IMG/VR virus record: IMGVR_UViG_3300008110_000249
Direction: 5' to 3' (one strand)
Source of the DNA: an uncultured virus (IMG/VR IMGVR_UViG_3300008110_000249)
Lineage: Duplodnaviria; Heunggongvirae; Uroviricota; Caudoviricetes
DNA: 64,000 bases
Shown: in pieces, positions 37,484 to 45,419 of the stretch
How positions within the stretch are numbered: the first letter of the stretch is position 1
How the letters are laid out: the number at the start of each line of letters is the position of its first letter
Program-made: the position numbers and the translations under genes
The notes under the pieces: generated by a model
The model's database searches: none
Seen by the model: only the letters and a program-made list of their open reading frames with translations
Told to the model about the DNA's origin: nothing

Positions 37484-39937
37484 ATGCCAATAAAAACTGA
37501 CTCATTGAACAGAGAATTATATAATTTACTAAACTCTAGAGGATATAACCCTATATCAATGGATGCCGATATCGCTAGAGCAGGAAAAACAGTTCCTCCT
37601 GAAGAAGCAGATGTTTTTAAATTTACATTCAAACGGGGCAACAAGGCGATTGATGATGCATTGATTTCAGTCGATGGTTCAAACAATCTTATAGTATACT
37701 ATGATGAAGAGTTAAGTAAGGATGGTGAGTTAAAAACACCTGGTTCGGAAATCGATGACAGTTGGTTTGGTTTATTGAATTTTTTAAAAAAATGGGCTTT
37801 CTCTAGAAGGCTTGCGTGGGAGCTGGCTCCTAAACACAGAGTCGATAGTGACATGGCACAAAGGACATATATGAAAAAGAAAGAACAAATCGCAGAAGGT
37901 TATTACCCAATGGGCAAGCAAGCCAGCTATAGTGACGCTATACCCACAGTGAAAATTGTATTGCAACATTCAAGACAAATACAAGAAGGCGAGCAAAGAT
38001 ATCGCAATGTGGCTAAAATATTTTTAGAAAATATTCACGGAGAGCGTATTCTTGCCCCTACAACAAAGCCAGGTATAGCACAAATCTATGCTAGACATTT
38101 GGCTGAAGGTGGTGTACCTAATGATGAGCGATGGAATCATATTAAGAGTTTGTGCGAAGAATATAGTAAGATGGCTGGATTTGTTCGTGCTGTTCGTAGT
38201 AATCAATTCAACGAATCAGCACAAAAATTAGTAGAAGCAGGATTAAACCATTATCATAGTTTACGTGAATCCTTAGGAAAAATGAGAGGTCAGCGGGGAT
38301 ATACGGCATATTTTGAAAGTTGGACTCCTACATTAATGGAAACAGAAAGTGATGATCAACCGAAATTGAATGAACTTTTTGTTCAGGAAACACTTGATCC
38401 AAGAATTGAAAGTGTAATGCCAATCTTGAATAGATTACACGTTAATATCGGTGAAATGAAAGAAGTAAATGAATTAGCAGAATGGGCTGATAATTTAACT
38501 GAATTAGCAGAACCAGCAATCACTAAAGATGAATTTAGAGAAAAAATGTCTGCCCTTCAAAAAATTCAAATGGACCCTCACACTGCAAAAGATTCTATGC
38601 TTAAAAAAGAATTAATGAGAAAAATAGCAGAATTGAAATCAAGAGCAAAAAGTTCAGGAATAGAAGTAACAGAGGATGAAGGTAGACAAGCATTAAATCC
38701 AATTGGAATTCCTGAAAATCAAAACCTAACTAAACGAGATTACTCCGACAAATCTTGGATGACCAACAATAATAACAAACCAAACTCTCTAAAACATAAA
38801 ATAAGAGATACTATGAAGGGACTGAAAGGGTTTGTTACAGGCAAAGAACGAGAAATGATGGATAGGGGAGAGCTCGATACGTATCAAGATATGCAAAACA
38901 TGAGAGAAAATTCAACTAGTATAGATGAACAAAATTCTCGTAGTCAATCTATAAAAGATTTAATTTTGGGAATGGATGATAATCATTATCCAAGCCCGGC
39001 TAGACCTGAATGGGATCTTCAAGGTATTGATACCTTAAAGGTAGTATATAGTGCAGCAGATGCACCAACAGAAGTATTTCGTGGAGAAAAATCAGGCTTA
39101 TGGACTATAGAAAGAGATGATGATTATCCAAGAGGAAATTGGGTAACTATAGCAGTTACTGAACCAAAACATTTTAAACAATTCTTAGATATTGTATATA
39201 GCAATAATCCAAATACCAAGATATTTATAAATGATAAAGTAAAACAAGGTGTGGCGGAAGGCATAGAACATTGGACTAATAGCGGTCATAAAATTATTGC
39301 CAACCGTAAAACTCCTAAAGGAGAATTCGTAATTATACAAAATAAAAACGATGGTAAGTACGAAATACATAAATTTGTTGGTCCTACTTCAACCACCGGT
39401 TACGATTTTGTATCTGTTCATACCTCCCCCGAAGAAATGCAGACTGCTTTTAAAAAACTAACCAGTGTAGCAGAAGGCGTTGATACAGGCGAATATGATG
39501 CACGTAAATATACCCCGGCTAAAAAAGGAGAACAAGATAAAGTACACGCAAAACATCGTGAACGTATGCAGAAATTACGCAAAGAAATGGATGACGAAGC
39601 CAAGAAGAAAGATGTAGAGGAAGGTTTAGATGCCAATCAAAAGCGTGTAGGACAATTAGGCCCTACTGAGAAAGTTAAGAATAACAATATCGGTAAACTA
39701 GTCGGTGCTAATGAATCTGTCAATCTATCTGAAATGGATAGTGAAGGTTACAAAGGACACCGCGGCGATGAAGATTCAGGTAAGGGTCCCGAAAAATCTG
39801 TAAAGCCAATCAAATCTAAAGATGCTGCCAAAGACGCTGAAAATGTTTTAAACAGATCAATGGACAAGGCACATAAGAAAGATATGAAAGAAGGACAAGA
39901 AGACCTCGATGCTATCCTAAGAATTATCAGAAAGTAA
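37484..39937 (+). CDS. Large acidic/charged late protein, putative prohead core or internal head protein
   Basis: TAAATA upstream; repeated (I/V/L/M)xE-G sites (QIAEG, QIQEG, HLAEG, GVAEG, SVAEG, DVEEG, DMKEG). Confidence 0.55.
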   Translation: MPIKTDSLNRELYNLLNSRGYNPISMDADIARAGKTVPPEEADVFKFTFKRGNKAIDDALISVDGSNNLIVYYDEELSKDGELKTPGSEIDDSWFGLLNFLKKWAFSRRLAWELAPKHRVDSDMAQRTYMKKKEQIAEGYYPMGKQASYSDAIPTVKIVLQHSRQIQEGEQRYRNVAKIFLENIHGERILAPTTKPGIAQIYARHLAEGGVPNDERWNHIKSLCEEYSKMAGFVRAVRSNQFNESAQKLVEAGLNHYHSLRESLGKMRGQRGYTAYFESWTPTLMETESDDQPKLNELFVQETLDPRIESVMPILNRLHVNIGEMKEVNELAEWADNLTELAEPAITKDEFREKMSALQKIQMDPHTAKDSMLKKELMRKIAELKSRAKSSGIEVTEDEGRQALNPIGIPENQNLTKRDYSDKSWMTNNNNKPNSLKHKIRDTMKGLKGFVTGKEREMMDRGELDTYQDMQNMRENSTSIDEQNSRSQSIKDLILGMDDNHYPSPARPEWDLQGIDTLKVVYSAADAPTEVFRGEKSGLWTIERDDDYPRGNWVTIAVTEPKHFKQFLDIVYSNNPNTKIFINDKVKQGVAEGIEHWTNSGHKIIANRKTPKGEFVIIQNKNDGKYEIHKFVGPTSTTGYDFVSVHTSPEEMQTAFKKLTSVAEGVDTGEYDARKYTPAKKGEQDKVHAKHRERMQKLRKEMDDEAKKKDVEEGLDANQKRVGQLGPTEKVKNNNIGKLVGANESVNLSEMDSEGYKGHRGDEDSGKGPEKSVKPIKSKDAAKDAENVLNRSMDKAHKKDMKEGQEDLDAILRIIRK

Positions 39938-39946
39938 TTCCCCAAA

Positions 39947-39971
39947 AAACCTCACTTAAAAGGTGAGGTTT
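39947..39971 (+). terminator. Hairpin/terminator
   Basis: AAACCTCACTT-AAA-AGGTGAGGTTT after the stop. Confidence 0.65.
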
Positions 39972-40107
39972 ACCATATTTGGGATAAATATAAGTTGACA
40001 TATCGCAGTAAGTATGTGATACTTACGATATGTTAGTCACATAGAGGTGTGTGGCGAATAATAATTTAATGAGACCATCTCAATTTTTAATTTAAGGAGA
40101 AAATAAA

Positions 40108-41097
40108 ATGGCGAGCCTCGCAGAAATTCGTGCCCGTATTGCGGCACAAGAAAACAAACAACAAAAGGGTTCTAACACCCAATCAGATAACTCAATTTAC
40201 CCTCATTGGAATGCAGACGAAGGCACTATTGCTACAGTGCGATTCTTACCTGACGCTGATTCTAAAAATACCTTCTTTTGGATTGAACGTCAAATAATTA
40301 AGTTACCTTTTAATGGTGTAAAAGGTGACCCTAATATTAAACAGACCGTAGTGCAAATTCCATGCATGGAAATGTATGGAGAAAGCTGTCCTATTCTTGC
40401 AGAAATTCGTCCATGGTACAAAGACGAAACACTTAAGGAAATGGCAAACAAGTATTGGAAAAAGCGTAGTTATTTGTTTCAAGGATTTGTACGCCAAAAT
40501 CCAATCGGTGATGATAAGACTCCCTCAAACCCGATTCGAAGGTTTATTATCAGTCCACAAATTTTCACTATCATTAAATCTAGTTTGATGGATCCTGAAA
40601 TGGAAGAACTACCCACTGATTATATGCATGGTCTTGATTTTAATATCAAAAAGACTAGCAAAGGTGGATATGCCGATTACAGTACTAGCAACTGGGCTCG
40701 CAAAGAGAGTGCATTAACTGAATCTGAACAAAATGCAATTGAAACGCATGGATTGTTTAATCTATCAGATTTTCTACCTAAGAAACCTAATGAAGCAGAA
40801 TTGCGTATTATCAAAGAGATGTTTGAGGCTAGCGTAGACGGTCAACCATACGATAATGCACGTTGGGGTCAGTACTATCGTCCATATGGACTTGAAGCAC
40901 CTGCAGGTGCTACGGCTGAAACACCCGCGACTGCTGAAACCAGCGCACCCGTAGCAACTCCTGCTAATGTAAATTCATCTTCATATGAGGATGAACCTAC
41001 AGTAAGTTCTCAGCCTGTTCAAGTTCCCAAAAGCACTTCAAGTGATAAAGCACAAGACATCCTAGCGATGATTCGTGCTAGACAGTCTAAGTCTTAA
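40108..41097 (+). CDS. Single-stranded DNA-binding protein, T4 gp32-like
   Basis: VRFLPD, C.EMYGESCPI, YWKKRSY, GLDF.IKKT.KGGYADY.TS.W; sits next to UvsX/UvsY. Confidence 0.88.
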   Translation: MASLAEIRARIAAQENKQQKGSNTQSDNSIYPHWNADEGTIATVRFLPDADSKNTFFWIERQIIKLPFNGVKGDPNIKQTVVQIPCMEMYGESCPILAEIRPWYKDETLKEMANKYWKKRSYLFQGFVRQNPIGDDKTPSNPIRRFIISPQIFTIIKSSLMDPEMEELPTDYMHGLDFNIKKTSKGGYADYSTSNWARKESALTESEQNAIETHGLFNLSDFLPKKPNEAELRIIKEMFEASVDGQPYDNARWGQYYRPYGLEAPAGATAETPATAETSAPVATPANVNSSSYEDEPTVSSQPVQVPKSTSSDKAQDILAMIRARQSKS

Positions 41098-41102
41098 TTA
41101 GA

Positions 41103-41122
41103 ATAGGGGCTACGGCCCCTAT
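41103..41122 (+). terminator. Hairpin with cUACGg tetraloop
   Basis: ATAGGGGC-TACG-GCCCCTAT directly after the SSB stop. Confidence 0.7.
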
Positions 41123-41136
41123 CTTAGGAGAATAAT

Positions 41137-41382
41137 ATGACATTACCAGATGAACGGTATCGTGCCCTAAAACAGGGTAAGAAACTATTAGAAGAATTAT
41201 GTGATCCAGGAAGGACACCTCGTGTGCCAAGTATAGTAAGAGATAGAGCACGTGGAGTGTTAAGACATTATCCTAATGATTATGATTTAGAAAAAATTGC
41301 AGATAACTGTCCGGAGATGCTTGACAAAGCATCAATTTCTAGTAAAATACTTAAATCTGCAAAAATAATAGGAGAAAATTAA
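41137..41382 (+). CDS. Hypothetical protein
   Basis: AGGAG RBS; MTLPDERYRAL...PRVP..VR..A...LRHYP. Confidence 0.7.
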   Translation: MTLPDERYRALKQGKKLLEELCDPGRTPRVPSIVRDRARGVLRHYPNDYDLEKIADNCPEMLDKASISSKILKSAKIIGEN

Positions 41383-41431
41383 TGGGTAAACCTTTTATTT
41401 GTGTAAATAGATTATATGAATAGGAGGCATC

Positions 41432-42058
41432 ATGTTAGAAGCGTATGTTTATAAAGTAACAAACAAAATAACAGGTCAATTTTATTTCGGCTCACGAACA
41501 AATAACATAGCAAAAGGTAGAACCCCTGAAGAAGATTTATGGAAATATTACTTTACTTCGTCAAAGGTAATCAAGAGATTGATAGAAGAACACGGAATAG
41601 ATTCGTTTGATGTTGAGATCATACACAAAGATATTGATTATGCTAAATGTTTTTGGAGAGAACAACAATTGATTTTTGAAAATAGAAATAATCCTAATAG
41701 GTTGAATAAAGCGTATGTTAATCCGAAAACAGGTAAAAAGGTTTTAACAACCTTTAATGAAACGGAAGAAGAACGAAAATTTCGGGCCAAGAAGATTAGT
41801 GAAAATAAAAAAGGTAGATTCAATTCAAATGGTCATTTTGGTTTAAAACATAGTGATGAAACCCGCAAAAAAATGAGAGAATCGCAGCAAGCCTTGGGGT
41901 ATAAACATTCAGACGAAGTAAAGCAGAAAATGAGAAATCACCAAAGAACCGCAGAACATGCGGAAAAGTTAGGTGCTTCATTACGCGGAAAACCGTGGTC
42001 TGAGGCAAGAATAAATGCACAACTTAAAAGGAAAAATAATGGCAACACGACCGTTTGA
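41432..42058 (+). CDS. Free-standing GIY-YIG homing endonuclease with NUMOD3-like repeats
   Basis: YVYKVTN..TGQFYFGSR, YFTSS; two KHSDE(T/V) NUMOD3-like motifs, GKPWSEAR. Confidence 0.85.
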   Translation: MLEAYVYKVTNKITGQFYFGSRTNNIAKGRTPEEDLWKYYFTSSKVIKRLIEEHGIDSFDVEIIHKDIDYAKCFWREQQLIFENRNNPNRLNKAYVNPKTGKKVLTTFNETEEERKFRAKKISENKKGRFNSNGHFGLKHSDETRKKMRESQQALGYKHSDEVKQKMRNHQRTAEHAEKLGASLRGKPWSEARINAQLKRKNNGNTTV

Positions 42059-43109
42059 TATTTCAAAATTTAGAAAAGATATCACAAAGTCGATTGAGGG
42101 TTTAAGTATCGGATTTAATGATCCTACTGATTGGATTTCTACAGGAAACTATGCACTAAATTATCTTATTAGTGGTGACTTTAATAAAGGTGTACCTTTA
42201 GGTAAAGTTACAGTATTTGCAGGAGAGTCAGGCGCCGGAAAATCATTTATTTGCTCTGGAAATCTTGTTCGTCATGCTCAACAGCAAGGTATCTTTGTGG
42301 TATTAATTGATACCGAGAACGCACTAGATGAAGCATGGCTACATGCATTAGGTGTATCTACTGATGAAGATAAACTGTTGAAACTTAATATGGCAATGAT
42401 TGATGATGTTGCTAAAACTATTTCAGAGTTTATGAAGTCTTACAAAGCAATGCCAACAGATGATAAGCCAAAAGTACTTTTTGTTCTTGATAGTCTAGGT
42501 ATGTTACTTACCCCTACTGATGTTAATCAATTTGAAGCAGGTGATATGAAAGGGGATATGGGTCGTAAGCCCAAAGCACTTACGGCACTGGTACGTAACT
42601 GTGTTAACATGTTTGGTAGTCATAATGTTGGGTTAGTTGCTACTAATCATACTTATGCAAGCCAAGACATGTTTGATCCAGATGACAAAATCTCAGGTGG
42701 GCAAGGCTTTATCTATGCAAGTTCAATTGTCGTAGCGATGAAGAAATTGAAACTTAAAGAAGATGAAGATGGTAATAAGATTAGTGATGTTCGAGGTATT
42801 CGTGCAAGTTGCAAGATTATGAAAACACGCTATGCAAAACCATTCGAAAGTGTACAAGTTAAAATCCCATATGATACTGGTCTAAATCCATATAGTGGAT
42901 TGCTTGATATGATTGAAAAGGCTGAACTTGTAAAAAAAGAAGGCAATTCATTAGTTTATACAACTATTGACGGTGAAATAATTAAGAAATTTCGCAAAGC
43001 ATGGGAAGCAAACACTGATGGTTGTTTAGATACAGTCATGTCAGAGTATTCACAAAAACTAAATTCCAAGATAAGTATTACAATATCAGAGGGGGATGAA
43101 TCCGAATGA
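42039..43109 (+). CDS. uvsX: RecA/UvsX-like recombinase
   Basis: ISTGNYALNYLISG, GESGAGKS Walker A, IDTE, VLDSLG, TNHTY, SGG; ATG at 42039 (MATRPFDISKFRK). Confidence 0.93.
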   Translation: MATRPFDISKFRKDITKSIEGLSIGFNDPTDWISTGNYALNYLISGDFNKGVPLGKVTVFAGESGAGKSFICSGNLVRHAQQQGIFVVLIDTENALDEAWLHALGVSTDEDKLLKLNMAMIDDVAKTISEFMKSYKAMPTDDKPKVLFVLDSLGMLLTPTDVNQFEAGDMKGDMGRKPKALTALVRNCVNMFGSHNVGLVATNHTYASQDMFDPDDKISGGQGFIYASSIVVAMKKLKLKEDEDGNKISDVRGIRASCKIMKTRYAKPFESVQVKIPYDTGLNPYSGLLDMIEKAELVKKEGNSLVYTTIDGEIIKKFRKAWEANTDGCLDTVMSEYSQKLNSKISITISEGDESE

Positions 43110-43357
43110 GCTTAGATTTTGTTGCAGAAGTATGGGACGCATTGCGTACACACATTGATTTCAACGAACGCAGTGATGCGGCCGACACTATGGTAAATTT
43201 GCTAGTAGAGAACAACTACGAAGCAGATGATATTAAAAGTGCATTCCGCGGAGATAAAGAAATAATCACTGCACTAAAAAATTATGTAGACGAACATGAT
43301 CTTGAAGAAGATTATGAAGATTATTCAGATGACGATGACTACGACGACTGGCAATAA
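43106..43357 (+). CDS. Small acidic hypothetical protein
   Basis: ATGA overlap; Asp/Glu-rich tail. Confidence 0.65.
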   Translation: MSLDFVAEVWDALRTHIDFNERSDAADTMVNLLVENNYEADDIKSAFRGDKEIITALKNYVDEHDLEEDYEDYSDDDDYDDWQ

Positions 43358-43813
43358 ATGAATTGGTATACTAGAGTATCACAGAATCTTTCAGTGATAC
43401 CTGATTTTATTTCTTATTATGAATCTGAATTAAATGATGCAAAAAAAGAAGTAAAAATATTTGGCAATGTTGAAAAGAATATTGCCAATCTGCCTGGCAT
43501 GACAGAACACAGATTTAATCAACTTCAAGAAATTGAAGCGGTATTAAACTATCTCAATATTCAACTAAGAAAGATTCGAAGGAAACACTTTCAAAAATAC
43601 TTAGAGTCTTATAATAGGGCATTGACTAGCCGTGACGCTGAAAAATATGTCGATGGAGAAGAAGAAGTTATTGATTTTGAATCATTGATCAATGAAGTGG
43701 CACTATTAAGGAATAGATGGTTAGGAATCATGAAAGGTATAGAATCTAAAAATTTTATGCTGGGGCATGTGGTTCGGTTAAGAGCTGCTGGTATGGAAGA
43801 CATTAGTCTTTAA
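43358..43813 (+). CDS. uvsY: UvsY-like recombination mediator
   Basis: About 150-aa helical protein near uvsX; Y..ALTSRDAEKYVDGEE...KGIESK pattern. Confidence 0.65.
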   Translation: MNWYTRVSQNLSVIPDFISYYESELNDAKKEVKIFGNVEKNIANLPGMTEHRFNQLQEIEAVLNYLNIQLRKIRRKHFQKYLESYNRALTSRDAEKYVDGEEEVIDFESLINEVALLRNRWLGIMKGIESKNFMLGHVVRLRAAGMEDISL

Positions 43814-43833
43814 ATTTTTTAAAGGATAACAAT

Positions 43834-44583
43834 ATGCAATCATTAGGATCACTACTCAGCGGTAATTTAGTTAGCAATAATTCTACCATTCCTGATACTA
43901 TTACTAAAGATGTATGGAATAATGTAAACGATTTATTCGGATTAAATTATAAAGTAGAAATTAAAACATACGAAAGAGAAGAAGATATACTAACGTTAAG
44001 TTGCGTTATTCATCGACTACGTACTTCTTCAAATTATACGGTTCATTATAAACTTGCTGATACTTCTTTGTGTAACAAAATAACTGAAGAAGATATAATT
44101 CTTTCTACCAAGATAAGAGACTATTATAGTAAAAAGATTATGATTTGGAAACTTAAACAATCATATATGAGTAAATTTCGTGATGACTTGAATGAATTTA
44201 TTCATAGCGATGGCAAAAAGTTTTCAGAAACTATGGTAGGATTGGTATTTAAACTTCCAGAGTTTTATGAATATGATAAAAAAATTGATACTATCTTTTC
44301 AGAAAGAAACAGAATTTTAACTAAAAATGAAGAGCCAAGTGTGAAGCAACTTTCACTGATTCAACTGACCACACTCAATAGAAAATATAATAAACAAAAT
44401 GAATATTGGTTCTCAGATCAAGAAAATACTATAGTAAAAGTAGAGTTACAAAAAAATAATCCATTGATAAACATTTGGAACCAACTGATATCTAAGCCTG
44501 TTTTATTGCAAGCAAAATTTAGTCCTCAAAAAATGGATGAATATAGATATTATTCTGCTCAAAATTACAAATTAATTATTTGA
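43834..44583 (+). CDS. Hypothetical protein
   Basis: Long ORF with AAGGA RBS. Confidence 0.65.
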   Translation: MQSLGSLLSGNLVSNNSTIPDTITKDVWNNVNDLFGLNYKVEIKTYEREEDILTLSCVIHRLRTSSNYTVHYKLADTSLCNKITEEDIILSTKIRDYYSKKIMIWKLKQSYMSKFRDDLNEFIHSDGKKFSETMVGLVFKLPEFYEYDKKIDTIFSERNRILTKNEEPSVKQLSLIQLTTLNRKYNKQNEYWFSDQENTIVKVELQKNNPLINIWNQLISKPVLLQAKFSPQKMDEYRYYSAQNYKLII

Positions 44584-44629
44584 CATTTAAGTATAATACT
44601 TCTATTGAAACTAGATATTAGGGTTAATT

Positions 44630-44902
44630 ATGCGTACTAAGACTATCGTCGATGGTTTTAAGAATTCGCAAAAATTTCGTTTTATTCTCATGGCAAACAG
44701 CGGTGAGGAATTCGGGATGACGATCACCATCAAGCAAATGTCGGATCAGTTTGCTACCCGTGATGCTCGGGTCGCTGTATGGACCGCACTCGAAAGGTTG
44801 GCATATGATCGCGGTATGGCTAAGGTTCGTCATGATCCATTACCCACCGGTCTTGTTGTCGGTGCACAAGGCTTCCGCCAAGTACAGGTCGACCTGTACT
44901 AA
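44630..44902 (+). CDS. Hypothetical early protein
   Basis: GC-richer codon usage, between promoters. Confidence 0.65.
   Translation: MRTKTIVDGFKNSQKFRFILMANSGEEFGMTITIKQMSDQFATRDARVAVWTALERLAYDRGMAKVRHDPLPTGLVVGAQGFRQVQVDLY
44881..44900. repeat. Perfect 20-bp palindrome
   Basis: AGTACAGGTC|GACCTGTACT. Confidence 0.9.
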
Positions 44903-44904
44903 AT

Positions 44905-44933
44905 TTGACAATAAATAGATTTGACTATATAAT
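44905..44933 (+). promoter_or_regulatory. Sigma70-type early promoter (TTGACAATAAAT family)
   Basis: TTGACA-17 nt-TATAAT. Confidence 0.85.
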
Positions 44934-44963
44934 ATAGTCTTACTCAGTCATAAGGAGTTTTTT

Positions 44964-45188
44964 ATGGGTTATCGCGTTGTTGCAGACAGTGTCCAAATGG
45001 ACATGATGCGTCAAAAGTACGGTCCCCGTAAGGGACTTGAGGGTCCTTTCAACTTCAGTGGTCGTGTTCTGTACTACGATCCTAAAGAAGGCTCCTACTA
45101 CGATCCGACCACTGACTTTTATGTGGATCGGGAAGAAATGAACAAGATTCATGAGCGTCTGATGGGCGCACTAGGTTGGAAAGGTTGA
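44964..45188 (+). CDS. Hypothetical early protein
   Basis: AAGGAG RBS; GLEGPF..GRVLYYDPKEG.YYDP.TD.Y. Confidence 0.7.
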   Translation: MGYRVVADSVQMDMMRQKYGPRKGLEGPFNFSGRVLYYDPKEGSYYDPTTDFYVDREEMNKIHERLMGALGWKG

Positions 45189-45194
45189 CAAAAA

Positions 45195-45368
45195 ATGTCT
45201 AAGATGAGTGATATTTTCATTGAAATTCAAGACCGTCTTTCTAAAAAAGAGGATCCCAAAAATATTGCCGAAGAACTCAATATTCCAATCAGTTGGGTTT
45301 ATGGTGCATATGAAGTTACTCCTGAGGAAGAGGAATTGTATTCGCCATATAAAACGTATAACAGTTAA
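45195..45368 (+). CDS. Small HTH-like protein (57 aa), not in ORF track
   Basis: MSKMSDIFIEIQDRL...PKNIAEELNIPISWVY. Confidence 0.55.
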   Translation: MSKMSDIFIEIQDRLSKKEDPKNIAEELNIPISWVYGAYEVTPEEEELYSPYKTYNS

Positions 45369-45419
45369 AAAATAATTTGTATAAAAAAGGGTCTTAGATA
45401 AAAACGAGAAAGGTGCAGC

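Noticed and set aside
39940..40100. tRNA or other known ncRNA in the larger intergenic gaps
   Set aside because: No cloverleaf, T-loop GTTC or CCA pattern recognised here or in other gaps
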